Below are positions 1 to 13,402 of a stretch of DNA of 44,552 bases, piece by piece. The position numbers and the translations under genes were made by a program. The stretch is from Basidiobolus meristosporus CBS 931.73 (lineage: Eukaryota > Fungi > Basidiobolomycota), in the NCBI GenBank assembly GCA_002104905.1, contig MCFE01000692.1:1-44552 (forward strand). The letters run 5' to 3'. The notes beneath the pieces were generated by a model. It did no database searches, was not told where the DNA came from, and worked only from the letters and a program-made list of their open reading frames with translations. Numbering within the stretch: the stretch's first letter is position 1; each line of letters starts with the position of its first letter.

Positions 1-1963
1 ATGGAGAGGCCCATCAGGAGCTACCGCTGGAGCATCGAACTCCCCCCCCCCCAATATGGGGATAGACATGCATGCGTATGGCAGGCGAATCAGCTTGGGC
101 ATGAATATGAACAGACTGGATGGATTTCAGGGCTTACGCCTCCATGGTGATGCAATTATTAAGGATATATGCTGTAAACGGGATACTAGGATCCTGCTTG
201 TCATATGGATAGGATGGGCCAACTGGCATTGGCCAATCCACTGCACTCAGTGGGTTGCTACTAAGTGATGTGGCACATACCGAAGGAGATGTCGCACCAA
301 TATATGAATTGTGTATGATATCTCCCACTGGCCCTATAACGACGAGGTCGTTCACTAGGGAGACAGCGGTGTCACCACCCCGAAACCCCGTAGACCGCCT
401 ACCTATTGCTAGCAAGTGAACCCACGAAAACCGGATTTCTCTGCACCTGTGTTTCTCACTGGCCTCCCAACGGTCCACCCAATATTACTGAACGGTTGGC
501 TGAGATCAATGCTGCTCCAATGGCTGAGCAGCTCGTTCGCGGTTGCCGTGGTGCTATTACAATCCCTTGGATGTGGTACGGAGCGGGCATCAGATGACTG
601 ACTCATCAGCAATTTAGCAGTTTATGGTATAGCAGTTGTCTAAACCTCAGCGTTGACAAATTAAATGTCAGATAAGGTTTTTGTTAACAAACAATTTTAG
701 GTTTGGTCGAATCGCTCAGCAGTGATGCCGATGTATCCCCCCCCCAAAGCCCTATCTACGATCCGTGGTCGCCACCAAACACTACAGCTCGACCCCTCCG
801 CCGTATTGCCGAGGGAGATCGTGTGAGTGTGAGTGCCGGTCAGCAATGACGTCACCCACCTCCTTCGTGGTATGGCATGGACAGCTGGTAGCAATGGAGT
901 CCAGGCCCAGGCGGCGGACTCGGCCACATCCACCCAAGCCAGACCCTGCAGCAAGGTCTGAATCCATATAGCCATCAAAGGAATGGCATCGCCAATTTAC
1001 AATCCACTGGCGAAAATCCCAATTCGTGCGCTCAATCCGCTCCAAACCTAAGATTGCTTCATACCTCAGTCATCTCCTCGCCAGTCAGCCCTTGATTCGC
1101 CCACGCCGCATACAACATGGGGATGGAATTCATTAAACTAATCGAACGTCATACATGGGATGGAAGATTCTTAATTGGACTGGAACGTTCTTTCGAAATG
1201 TCGCTCCATATCGAGCGGGTCAGTCGACTGCTGAGCGCATGTTTTCAGTGCCATCTGTCAGAGACAATTAACCTTGGGTGCCCAGAGCCACGTCAAACAT
1301 CGTTCCATAACTGGACACAGGGGCCAGGATGATCACTCTGCCGGCATTGCATCCTTGGAGCAAGATGATTGGCCGCGGGCACAATGGCCCAGGTAACTTG
1401 GAGTTGGGTGGATTATGGTCGGGCTGGCTCAAGGTCGCAAGGGCAATAAATCGCTATATCGGTGGATGGCTCAAATCTACATGCATATGTCCAAATAAGG
1501 GCACTCCGGCTTTGTAGCATTAGCCATGTAGCTTAATGTACCCACAAGGTTGGCCATTCTCCTAATCCAAGCTGTGCTCAGGATATTTTCCCCGAAATGG
1601 CGGCTAAACGAAATTGCTGAGCTTACCAAATGGATTGTCCACTGCGTGAACTCAGCACCATTTCGCTCATGTACCTCGTCCACCAATCATTTCCGGTCCT
1701 GATGAATCGCTACTGTTATGATCTTGTTTGTTAAGGACCGATTGTTGGTATATATTCTCGTACGTCGGCACCATTTATTGGACTTTCGTTTTCCAGCTCA
1801 CTTTCTTATCTCCCAGTGTTAACGTCTTTGGCCTCAGTTCACACTTCTTTACCTCTCAGTGCATCAAAGAACCGACCATCCTTTAGGATAACATAGCCAG
1901 CACCACTTACTGGTGTTTACCTTTATCAACCAACTACCCTTCCCTGGAACCAAGTAACTTCCC

Positions 1964-3328
1964 ATGAACCAGCAACTCACTGTACAAACTCAGGAGAGTT
2001 TACAGATCCCTCAAAGTGGAAATATTGAGGTTGGCACACCTCAGATCCCTTTGTCCCCTACCTCTAGTGAAAGCCCTTCTGATAAATCCTCCCCCTCGCC
2101 CAACGTTCGCATCTTGAACAATAACTTCGTCCACAAACTCCACGGGTAACCATACGTTTGTACCGACCTTTGTTTCTGACTTCACTCTAACCACCTCTCC
2201 CCTCGTCGCTTATTTCAAAGAATGGTCATCGACAAGCAGTATCAACATTTGATCTCCTGGAACTACTCCGGTACCTCCTTTATCGTGTGCAATATCACCG
2301 AGTTCTCCAAAGATGTGCTCCCGAAGCACTTCAAGCACAACAACTTCTCCAGCTTTGTCCGGCAACTTAATATGTGAGTGACCCCTCTTTGGGAAGTTCC
2401 CTTAGGTTCACCGACGCTAACTGTGCACCATTTACAAAGGTACGGCTTCCACAAGGTGAACAAGTCCCCTCGAGGTCACAGAACCCTCGCCGAGAATCAG
2501 ATATGGGAGTTCTCCCATGCGAAATTCCTTCGGGATCGTCCGGACCTCCTAGATGATATCAAAAGAAAGGCTCTAGAATCGGAGAACCTTAGGAGGGAGA
2601 CCGGGGACCTGCACGCACATATCACCATGATGCAAGTAACCCAATCGGATATGATGCAGCGTATCGCTCACCTCCAGGCTACCTTGTCGGAGGTCGTTCA
2701 AGAGCTCACCGAGACCAGAAGACGACAAGAGGTACAGCAACAGATGATCAAGAATATGATGGATCACCTGCAGCAGAATTCAGCCCTACCTCGTAAGTAT
2801 CCCTTCCCTCAGCCCTCTGACATCCAGCTGACCTCATGTGTTATAGCGGCCTTCCCAACAGACATAAGTCACTCGGCCAGCCCCGACATTAAAAACGAAG
2901 GTGACAGGCCACCCATTTACATCACTAGTCCAGAGGATTCGAACAACCTCGTGCACGACATGCAGCTTAACGTCCCGTCGAATGGACCGATCCAAAGCCA
3001 GGGGAATTGTCTACAGCCGCCTGGCAACATCTCCACCTCCCAGGCCTTTCAACAAAACAACTTCAACCGTAACGGCCTGCAGATCCAGATAGGCTCAAAC
3101 TACATGAACCATTCGAACGCTGCCAACATGATACCCACACAGATGGCGCCAGATAGCTTCCACCAGTACAACCAACCCATGAATCACCCCTTGCCCCCGT
3201 CCCCTCACTCACCACTGGGGATGATCTCGGATGATGAGTTGAACAGCCCAATTTATGGCACCAACCCGCATGGTGGCTTCCGAAACCTCGAATACGGGGC
3301 CGATGGCCAGCCGCTATTCAATATGTAA
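1964..3328 (+). CDS. HSF-type DNA-binding transcription factor (heat shock factor family), spliced
   Basis: The spliced exons read FVHKLHGMVIDKQYQHLISWNYSGTSFIVCNITEFSKDVLPKHFKHNNFSSFVRQLNMYGFHKVNK...WEFSHAKFLRDRPDLLDDIKRK, which is the HSF DBD. A heptad coiled coil and a Q/N/P-rich tail follow. GT-AG introns lie at 2146-2220, 2374-2439 and probably 2793-2846. Confidence 0.9.
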
Positions 3329-3443
3329 AGCAATATAGAAACAGTTCTCTTGTTTATCCTTCACATCCGTATCCCCGCTACGCCCTTCAACCAATTCGCC
3401 GCCCGCGGTCCAGGAAGCAGGAAATATGATCACCCTTAGTTGA

Positions 3444-3465
3444 AGTGTAGTGTAGTGTAGTGTAG
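3444..3465 (+). repeat. (AGTGT)4 microsatellite in the HSF 3' region
   Basis: agtgtagtgtagtgtagtgtag read directly. Confidence 0.7.
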
Positions 3466-5748
3466 CATTAGTAATCCTACACATCAATGTATTTTCTAGT
3501 TCAGTAAGGTTGGGTGGGGTCGGTGGGAGCATCATGATCGCCTTGCGCACATCCATCGCCACCACATCACATCACACCGGCGCGCCAATTCAGGCAGTCG
3601 CAAGGCTGATGGATTTTGGGGGGCGAGGGGGATTTTTGGAAATTCCGTAACCACTCACTTGACAAATTTGTAATATATTGGATCTAATTAGTACCAACCA
3701 CCTTTATTTGTCATCCATTTTCTTTCTGGATCTGACCCACGGCGGAAGGCAGGTTGTGCGTTGGCCAATCAGGGCGGGGGAGGCGAGAGGTGTTGAGCAT
3801 GGATCAGTTTAGTGGAGACCTGCCATAGTTGGGGTCATACGAGTTCCCTAAGGGTCATAGCAGTGGTTGTGGTTGCGGCCGTGAGTAGCTGGGAAAGGGA
3901 TGTGACATGGTTTCAATGCTCGGGGATACGCTGGACTTTTCCCTTGCCATTGACAGCCACCGGAGCATCTCTCATTTCCGATGGCTGATCAGGAAACCCT
4001 TTGGCACATCGTTCAGGGATGATCTCACAGTTGCCAGATCGCTGCGTGAGCACCGCTGGGCATCCAATGAAGTGGCGCTCCCGAGATATTTGCACGGTTA
4101 TCACTGTAGATACCGTCGTCTCTGATCTAAGCTCGAGATGGATCTGGCTCAGATCTCATCACACAACCAACCATGGCACGGGAAGTGCCTGTTTGAAGTC
4201 CAGGCTCCTTATGGGCATAGCCTCGGGGGAGATGTTTCCCATCTGGATGGTCCTGTCCTGCGACACCATGCGGCCGAGATGGAAGTCACAGCAGGTGTGG
4301 CAGGTGAAGTGGTGAGGAATAGCAGGTCTTGAATACATGTCACAGTCTCTTTCAAATGGTACATGACGTTGAGCGTTTCTCACCCCCCTTCTCCGCTGCT
4401 CAGCCTACCCTGTTGCTCTCGCCGTGCGCTTCCACTCCTACCTGCTCGCGAGGATTCGTCCAAAACCACTCCCATCCATCAAGAATTGCTTCCAAATGCA
4501 GCCAGATTTCTCTTGGCTCATTTATCCCAAAATTGATTCATTTGGGCCTGATCTGTGAGGAACCGATGATTCGCCCATTTGGTCGGACGAATTCCCATCT
4601 CGCGAGATGGTTGGATTATCTGTTCGAGGCGATGGTCCGTCACCCTGACGTCATTGGCAAAAGGGGCCATATGGATATCCACACTTGCCCTCTACATTTC
4701 TGCGTACAACGCAGCCACGGGACCCACCATTGGTCGGTGAGAAAGCATCAGGAAAGATTGGTGAGATCGTCTTGCCAGTTTGGTTGGAGTATGGCGATGG
4801 GATTGTGCGGCATGCCGAGAGATCTAGGTAACTCCAGCCAGGAAACCCATTTCGATCTAGTGGGGGAGGGGCTAGGGAAATTCGGTCAATGGAAACGGCA
4901 ATGACAGGTGGTTCGTCGGATCCCTAACCCCGTAATTCCATTCACGACGGTTCCCTCGGCGTCGGTCCGTTGTATTTTCACATGAACCGGGAAAATGGGG
5001 ATGGGAATCTGGCTATACCCGGCAAGGCGGGTACTCCACTTGGTTCGGTATGGCTGTGTATGGTATGGAGCAGATGGGGTTTTTGGTGTTTAGTGTTCTT
5101 CCGGATGCGTCCCCTGGGTCGACTTCGTTCCCCTACCGAAGCCCAGTATACACCCCGCCGCATACTATCCACAATCACCATGAAGGTTACTCATACGGCC
5201 GCAATATCCTACGTTGAGTCGAACGGTGTGCCATATGCGAGCACGTTGAAGCCGCATATAATCTATGTGGTAGCTTGTCCTGTTTGGAGATCCTGTCAAC
5301 TAGTATCGAGTAAAATATCCTCTCCACCGTACGATGGATTATGGGCCCTATAAGGCATTTGAGCGACTCATCATGAGGGACCATTTGTTTGTGAGAGCCA
5401 AAGACATGATGGTTATAATGGTCTGCGGATGGGTGGTGGTTGTTTCAGCAGTTTCAAGGTATCCGTTTTGATCAATCAGCATTAAATATTCTCTCGGCTA
5501 TTCTGTTGGGAATAGAATTATTCCCAAAAACTCTGAAAAGAAGGAACCGACCTTAAGGTCGCTCAATATTGCCCAAGCTCCGTGCTCGTCAGCCTAAAAA
5601 TAAATAATCTACAATCCTACATGAAAGCCGGGCAAAACCATGGATGCTACGTTTTCACCCCATCAGCCAGCTGGCGAAGCATCCATTTCCAAATACTCCA
5701 TATCACTTCCCAGTTCGTTTGCAACTTGCCCTTACAATGACTTCCCAC

Positions 5749-6012
5749 TGTTAAAAATACTCAGTTTTCACCTAAACCACTCATAAAGCGCAAGATTCTA
5801 CTTGGCTCATTGCTTAGGTTATGAATTATTTACTTCCGAGTTGGTTTGTAAGATATTGGCTAATATTTAGAATTAGTGAAGGCCTGGAAGTTATCAGTAA
5901 TCTCACACTGGTCCATAAGCCTCCAAATTTTGCACACTGCTTTTTGGGACCTTCTTGAAAAATTTTATCATTAGCTTTACAAGGCTCCCCAAAATGTATA
6001 TATACTTTATTT
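5749..6012 (+). mobile_element. Left part of an older, diverged copia-family solo LTR, split by the later insertion
   Basis: Begins TGTTAAAAA. The segment ggtccataagcctccaaattttgcacactgctttttgggaccttctt resembles the reverse complement of the younger LTR (gtccaaacagcccaaaactttgcacacatgttcttgggaccttctt). It resumes at 9583. Confidence 0.65.
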
Positions 6013-6349
6013 TGTTGTCAGAGTCTTGGAGAAATTGGAAGTGATTGGGAGAACAAGTAGATTGTGCGGTTTTCACTTAATAAATTATTGAATGTAAAAG
6101 GAATATAATCTTTATACTTTTACATGGTCTTGGTATTACAAACATGTAGAATAGGTTAAAGAAGGTCCCAAGAACATGTGTGCAAAGTTTTGGGCTGTTT
6201 GGACAACTTATCTAATCTTCATGTTCTGGGTAAATATTTTAAGTAAATTCCAACAGCAAATTTGGTCAGTATTCCCTAGGATTTGAAGGTAATGATCCAA
6301 GTGATCAAGTTAAGTGAATATTTAGGTGGAATTACAAATTTTTATAGCA
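6013..6349 (-). repeat. 3' LTR of the copia element
   Basis: Alignable by eye with 9229-9577 and adjacent to the PPT. Confidence 0.85.
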
Positions 6350-9228
6350 CTCCCACTCAGCTAAATGCTCATACTGACTAGTCCTAATTTTGACCAAAGG
6401 TATTCAAACTTCTCTCTAGCTAATGGCTTGGTAAATATGCCTGCAATCATTTCATCTGAAGGACAGTAAACTAAGCTAGCTAAGTTATTCTCTATAGCCT
6501 GATGTATTGAATGATGTCTAATATGTATGTGCTTAGTTCTAGCATGAGAAGTTGGATTTCTACCTAATTGTATACATCCTTGATTATCTTGAAATCAAGT
6601 AATAGGTGTTTTTTGACATAGGCCTAAATCTGCAAAAAGCTTTCTTAACCACATTGCTTCTTTTGTAGGCTCACAGGCTGCCATATACTCTGCCTCTGTA
6701 ATGGAAAGTGCAATGGTTAGTTGCTTTCTTGAATTCCACAATATTGCTCCTTTACAGTAAAGAAAGGTGTATCCTGTAGTAGATCTTCTGACTTCCAAAT
6801 TTTGTCCTCAATGAGCATCAGAGTATCCCACAAGATCCTGCTCTAAATCCTTATAAGTGTATCTTAAGCAGATATCAGCAGTTTTTTTTAGGTATCTAAA
6901 AATCCACTTAACTGCTGCAATATGATCAGATCCATATTTCTGATTATGCTGGCTGATAACTCCCACTGAATATGAGATATCTGGATGCATTTCCAGCACT
7001 AAGCCCACTTGATTTGGTTGAGTTTTGACCAAGTTAAGGTTTGTCTCCATTGGGGTAGCTGCCAGTTAAAAGTCTTCCATTTGGTACTTCTTTAGTATAT
7101 CTTGAATATACTTGGATTGGCTTAGGGTGATAGTCTGGGTACTTTTGTCTATGGAGAACTTTATCCTAAAGTAGTAACTGTGTTCTCCTAGATTGGACAT
7201 CTTGAGCTCTTTAGACAAGCTGGATTTAGTCTCTTCCAATGTATTGAGGTTATTGGTGGCTATAATAAGATCATCCACATATCAAGCTAGTTGAACTGGA
7301 TTTGCTCTATCTGGTTTATAGTATATTCCATAGTCAGCATTACTCCTTTTGAAACTCAAAGATTCCAAATAAGAATCTATCATGCAATTCCAGGCTCTTG
7401 GTGATTGTTTGAGAACATGTAGAGACTTTTTAAGCATGCAGACCAAATGGTGGTTATCTTGGTCAACAAACCCATCAGGCTGGTCCATGTACATGTCCTC
7501 ATCAAGTTTTCTATTCAAAAAAGCAGTTTTTGCATCTGTTTGATGTATAAAAAACTTATATTTGGCTGCAATAGCCAATATTAATCTAATGGAACTAAGC
7601 TTGGCCACTGGTGCAAAGGTCTCAGCATAGTCAGGTCCTTCTGTCTGAGAGTATCCTTTGGCAGCAAGTCTTGCTTTGTATCTTTCATTTGAACTATCAG
7701 CCTTGTATCTTGTCCTGAAGACTCATCTGCATTCAATGGATTTTGGTTGATTGGTAATTTGACTAAGTCCCAAGTTTGATTTTCCATTAGGGCCTGACAT
7801 TACTCAGTCATTGCAGATCTCCAAAACTTCATCTGAGGGCTATTTAGGGCCCCCTTTACAGTCTGGGGCTCATCAATATGGACTGAATAGGCATAAGCTA
7901 AGTTTGTACCCTCATTAATATAGTAATTTGGGCTATTTCTGGTCTGGTTGGATCTCTGGGCATTTGATATCAGAATGATTACATACGGGATATTCCTGGG
8001 CACTGATTCAGGCTGAACCATGGTTGTAGAGTCCTCTGGAGTGACAATGTTTTCATTGTTTTGCTCTGATTTAATCCTGACTATTGGCAGACTTGGCTTC
8101 TCTGCTTTTGTATTGTAGAGTCTGTATGCTTTACTTTCATTGCAGTAGCCCAAGAATATGCATTTTACACTTTTTGGCTCAAATTTTGACTGATTTCCAG
8201 GCAGTTTCTTGGCATATGCTGTACACCCAACTATTCTTAGATCTTCTGCACTTGGTCTGTATCCATACCATGCTTCAACTGGAGTAGAATCACAAAGTAC
8301 TCTGTTATAACTCCTATTCTTAAGGTATACAGCTGTGGCAACAGATTCTGCCCAAAAATCATAGGATAATTTTTGATCATGAATCATAGATATTGCCATA
8401 TTGATAATTGATCTGTTTGCACATTGTGCTACTCCATTTTGCTGTGGGGAGTATGATACAGTTGTCTCTTGCTTTATCCCATGAGTTTTGCAGAAGTGGA
8501 TGAAGAGTTTTGAAGTATATTCTCCACCATTGTCTGAGCGTATTCTCTTTTTGGGTATCTTCTTTGTTGGTTATCATGGCTTATTAAAGCATTTTCTTCT
8601 TCCTTCTTATTAGCATTTGATTTTCTTAATTCTTCATCCAGGAGCCTTCCATATACTTAATCTAAGGTCAAATCCTCAGTTCTGTACTCTAGGGCTGATA
8701 CAAGGCCCTGAAACTTGTCTGTCAGGCTAATCAGGATGGTAACTATCAAATCCTCATCAGTAGTTGGTACACCTACAGATTCTATCACATTCACCAGCAG
8801 GGTAATTCTGTTATTTAGATTTTTCATTTCTTCTCCTGGCTGCATCTTTGTAGTAAAGAATTTTTGTCTCAGATACATTTTCTTAGCAGCTGAACATGAC
8901 TGGTAGGTGTCTTCTAATGCCTTCCAGGCATTCTTTGCCACTTTTGCTCTTGGGCATTGAATTAGCAATTTGTCTTTAACATTGAGGCAAATGCAGTTGA
9001 AGGCACTTTGTTCTTTCTTCTGGTACTTTAAGGCTTGCTCTCCCACATTTTTAGGAGGGCATTCTTCTCCCATGACAATATCCCAAAGGCCTCATTCTTG
9101 TAGCAGCATCTTCATCTTTACCTTCTGCACTTGGTAGTTAGATCCATCCAACCTTTTCAGCAGAGGGAGAAATTCCAGTAATAGCAGTAGTAGACATTGC
9201 AGAGAGTGACAGCTTGGGGCTCATAACC

Positions 9229-9577
9229 TGTTGTAACAGTCTTGGAGATATTGGAAGTGATTGGGAGAACAAGTAGATTGTATGATTGTCACTTAATAAT
9301 TTATTGAATGTAAAAGTAGTATTTATACTTTTACCTGGTCATGGCATTACAAGCACGTAGAGTTGGTTAAGGAAGGTCCCAAGTGCATGTGTGCAAAGTT
9401 TGGGGCTGTTTGGATAACTTATCTAATTTTCATGTTCTGGGTATCTGGTATTTTGGTGAAAATATTCCCTGTAAATCCTGACAAGGAATTTGGTCAGTAT
9501 TCCCTAGGATTGGAAGGTAATGATCTAAGTGACTAAGCTAGGTGAATATTTAGGTCAAATTACAAATTTTTACAACA
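9229..9577 (-). repeat. 5' LTR of the copia element
   Basis: TGTTG...CAACA termini, immediately followed on the minus strand by PBS GGTTATGAGCCC. Confidence 0.9.
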
Positions 9578-9582
9578 TATTT

Positions 9583-9666
9583 GAGCTCAATAAAACACCA
9601 GGTGAATATCATGTAATTCTTCTGGTCCTCCAAATCACTTTCAGTACTCCCTTGAATCTTGCAACA
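9583..9666 (+). mobile_element. Right part of the older solo LTR
   Basis: ctcaataaaacaccaggtgaatatcatgtaattcttctggtcctccaaatcactttcagtactcccttgaatcttgcaaca is homologous to the 3' end of the younger LTR read on its sense strand, and ends in CA. Confidence 0.65.
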
Positions 9667-10340
9667 TTCACAACCTAACCCTGGTCAACATTTCCAATCT
9701 GTTTTTTGCAGGCACTTCACCCCACTTACAATCATGCAGCATTCATAATACATATCAATGACTATGCTTCTGATTGTTGTAAATTATGTACTTTCATCTA
9801 AAGATATACATTGGCATAGTCTCTTGAATCCTAGCTTATAAGCTTTACAGTTTCCAGCTGTACTTCTTTGCCATGACTTGCTTTGAATATTTACACCAAA
9901 ATGTCAGGTACTCAGACAAAATTCTTCAAGTTGATGCATGCTCACTGTACCTTCCTTGTGGCAGTATAAGTACTAGTGCATTCAATTGATCATGAAGTGG
10001 AACCATAAAATCTATGTATTGCCCTAATCACCTTTGATACCTTCCAAGCTCTGATAATAGTGTGCACCCACATATTACCTGTATTGAAGCACTAAAATAC
10101 TGGTCCTGATCTTAATTGTGAAAGCAGGTGGGTTAATTCAAGTGGGATCTTTCCTCATTCTTATATAACACTCTGATGATGTTCATCAAAGATCTCACAC
10201 TGGGAAAAGTCATTGTCAGTGCATACCACATGTTGATACTTCTATTCACCAACCTTCTAAATGTACTTCGATTACCAGCTCAGAGGTGGATCCTGGTGCC
10301 TTGCTGGCGATGACTGATCCAATACAGGTATGGGGCAGAT
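9667..10340. other. CpG-depleted, probably repeat-derived remnant of unidentified family
   Basis: Almost no CG dinucleotides, as in the flanking TEs. All frames examined are interrupted by stops and no motif was recognised. Confidence 0.3.
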
Positions 10341-11070
10341 TAGATGAGCTCAACAATCATTTAGCTTGCCCTCAGCAATCCCATCCCTATCCGCGTCCCA
10401 CGACTTGATAATCGGCAGATGACAGATGTAGCCATGTACATCCAAGGTTGGATAAAACGGTCCCAATGGTGGCTGAAATCATCGCCGACCACATGACCCC
10501 AAGGATTGTGGATAAGCTTCCGAGAATGTTGGCAGGTCTGCCCCGGCAGTGGCAGTGCGAGTGTGTAATGAAGGTATTGATGCTTTCGGTTTGCGCCTGT
10601 GGCTAGGAAATAAATGCCCTCATGACCCGCGTACATGACAAATCCTAGCTTCTCGTAGCTAGGGTCAATCGGGTGACTTAATTTTATCAACATGATAAAA
10701 CGAGACAGGATTTTTGGGAGTCGCGATTATCTTTCCCGCTTATAACTGTCGCGTGGGGGGGGTGACCATAGTAACAACTCCTACGAAATGCCGGGCTACT
10801 CGACAATCAGTCATAGTGAGGGATGGCCATGCCAGTTGGAATAGGTGATTTATATAAATTCAGTAGAATGGCAATTTAAACTGCATGTGCTGTGTATGAC
10901 TATTGATAAGGCAGAGGCTATTTCTTCTGAGTGGCATGGGCGCATTTGATCGGAAACGGAGAAAAGGCAAGTCTATACAAATATTTGAAGCAGTGGAGCA
11001 GGGGATCTAGACACAAGAGAGGCATTCGGGACTTTGAAGATATCAAACAAATTCCGGGTCCCAGGTCCGA

Positions 11071-12132
11071 TCAAGCTTTTTTGGGTGTAGGTCTATAGAC
11101 ACCGACGACCAAAGCGTGGTCCCTCTCGTAAGGTTCAAGGGTGAGTTGCTCTTGGGGCTTGATCCGTTCCTGCTGCAACTTTTTGACCTCAGAGGCAAAC
11201 ACCTTCACGGCCTCGACCGTCGAGTCGATGCAGTTGGCCTTGATGGAGATGACAATGTGGCCACCGGCCTTCAAGAAATGATGAGCGTTTAGTGAAATGA
11301 TACGCGCTTGGTCGGGCTGGGCAACGTCGGCAAACACAACATCTACCAAGTCGATCAACATGCGGTATTTATGGGGATGACGAGCATCCTCAATAATAGG
11401 GATGACGTTGGTGCGCTTCTTGGCCATGTTAATCAAGTCACGGCCAGAACGATGCGAGAATTCCACAGCATATACCACACCCTGAGGGCCGACGATATCA
11501 GCGACGTGTGAAACGGTGGTGCCACTGGAGCCGCCAAGATAAAGGACTCTGGACCCGGGGGTGATATGAATGTTGTCAACGCCACCCAAGATACCAGCGG
11601 CCAGCTTGGAGCGGAAAGGATTCCATACGCGGTACTCGACTTTAGTGCCATCGGGCCCTTCCACTGAGACTCGTTTTTCCCCGTACACCGATTCTCCAGG
11701 AGTGAGATTCTTGGTTACCAGAAGATCTTCCTTGCCGCGAGCGATGAAGACCCCTTCATGTCTGTGCGGCTCAACTACCACTTTGGAGCCACCTTTGGCG
11801 CCTGCATTACCGCCACGGCCTCCGCGTCCACCTGAGCGTTGTACAGTATTGAGTTTCAATCTCGCCTAGTATGAATGGTACGCAAACCTGTATTTACCAC
11901 GGGCACCACCACGGGCACCACCTCGACCTCCACCACGTCCGCCGCCAAAGCCACCACGGGCACCGCCTCGACCTCCACCGAAACCGCCACGTCCGCCGCC
12001 GCGACCACCCCCACGACCGCCTCGGAAACCACCACGACCTCCACCACGATTATCTATTGAATCGAAGAAAGCATTAAGCAAGCGGTCCGCCTCGAAGACA
12101 GGAAACCCCGGCGGGAACTAACCAAAAGCCAT
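11071..12132 (-). CDS. NOP1: Fibrillarin, box C/D snoRNP rRNA 2'-O-methyltransferase
   Basis: N-terminal GAR (RGG) domain, then [25 protein letters not shown]...[14 protein letters not shown]...[15 protein letters not shown]...[13 protein letters not shown]. Introns at 12054-12122 and 11832-11897. Confidence 0.97.
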
Positions 12133-13402
12133 CTTCAGCTGGGAAACAAACAACCAGGAGTTATGTAAAAGCAAGGGAAACCAGACTATCACCAGAGCAA
12201 ACCTTTCAAGGAATGGGATAGAGGATAGGAACAGTTGGGAAGGAGAACGTGACCATGGTACATGCAAATAATGCCATGCAAGCGAGGTGACTCGATGAAA
12301 AAAACTAGTCCTAAGAAAAAAAATCGGATCGAAATGATTCGTTTGTGGCGGATGTTTGGGATCTGTTTTCACCAGGTGGTGTTCCATTCCACAAAAATCC
12401 AGTCATGGATGACTTCTTTTCTGCCCTCATTGCTGATTTCGTCGATGCTCTGATTTGCCTGAAGGGTGCTAGGGCCGCCAGACAGGAACAGTCAGTATTT
12501 GCCACACCTTGGGAGCGGGGCCGTAGGTGTCTGGGCTATCGCGCGGTTCACTGAAGCGATAGAGGAGTAGAACTGGTCAATGTGGGTAGCAGAAAGGCTT
12601 GTGACCAGCAAGTCCAGAAAGGGTGGCACCGCCAACTTCGACCCTATATGACGGATAGGACAGCATGCCGATCAATAAAAACCAAGAGTGGATGAGACTG
12701 TAGACGAACAGCACTGAGCCCCCAATCCATGAGGTCGTATGGTGGAGAGAGACCAGGGTGGATGGATCATGTCTAGCACGGCAAATCCAGGATTCAAGTG
12801 TCGCGTCTCGAGTTGATGGCAGCACAAGTGCTCATCGTCCTTGTGCTTCTAGATCATCTGGAATCTTTTTCGCTACGAATACCTACTGACACGGGACATC
12901 TCGAGTTCCACAAACCAAGCCTATACTACTGTGGAGTAAATCAAGATCCGGCTTTGATATGGAGCGCTTTCATATTATGAGTCAAGTCTATCACAAGACG
13001 TAGATACTCGAATCTGATCGTTATGCCAGTCGAAGTGGTTCACAAGGCACGTGTACCGTGCTTGGAATCGAACGTGCGCTTGCCACGGTTAATCCCACCA
13101 CCATAGCGTATCAAGCGCACCCAGTATATTGGTTTCGAATGGGAACAGTACATAGCAGGCTATCATGGATAAAGCATATAACAATTTTCAACAAGTTGGG
13201 CAATTCCGGGTATTTGTTGAATCATCTAATACAATATCAGCGTTGGATGGGCCACATAAAAGGAAATGGCCGGTTCGGGGCACGTGATGGAAGATTCCAG
13301 CTCGAAAAAAACCTGACAGCAGCGGTATACTTGAGCAGAGGAAGAGCAGCAACCAGTTTATAATGAATGCGCTCGGCGTCCCTGCCTTACCCACTCGTCA
13401 AA

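Larger units (their letters stand above)
6013..9577 (-). mobile_element. Ty1/copia LTR retrotransposon, internally deleted and decayed
   Basis: Two related LTRs (6013-6349, 9229-9577) and a 5-bp TSD TATTT (6008-6012, 9578-9582). PBS GGTTATGAGCCC (9217-9228) and PPT GCTGAGTGGGAG (6350-6361). Remnants of gag (from ATG 9197), integrase (RIRSDNGGEY, FWAESVATAVYLKN), RT (DAKTAFLN, YVDDLII) and RNase H (RSTTGY, TEAEY, HARTKHI) occur in copia order with stops and frameshifts. Confidence 0.95.

Noticed and set aside
1-1700. Short ORFs on both strands at the window start
   Set aside because: No recognisable motifs or consistent exon chain. They may be part of a gene extending outside the window but cannot be supported.
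2793-2846. In-frame 54-nt HSF intron as a regulated retained intron
   Set aside because: A stop-free 3n intron of this length arises readily by chance, and there is no evidence without transcripts.
10361-10693. 110-aa ORF with a YEKLGF (GNAT-like) word
   Set aside because: A single short motif without the rest of a GNAT fold pattern.
12260-12470. Candidate box C/D snoRNA near fibrillarin
   Set aside because: There is no canonical RUGAUGA box C with a terminal stem, and the NOP1 introns (66-69 nt) are too short to host one.
12369-12650. Possible small spliced minus-strand gene (..AVPPFLDLLVTSLSATHIDQFY../..EISNEGRKEVIHDWIFVEWNTTW)
   Set aside because: It needs a 39-nt intron, shorter than any other here, has no identifiable start and shows no recognised homology.
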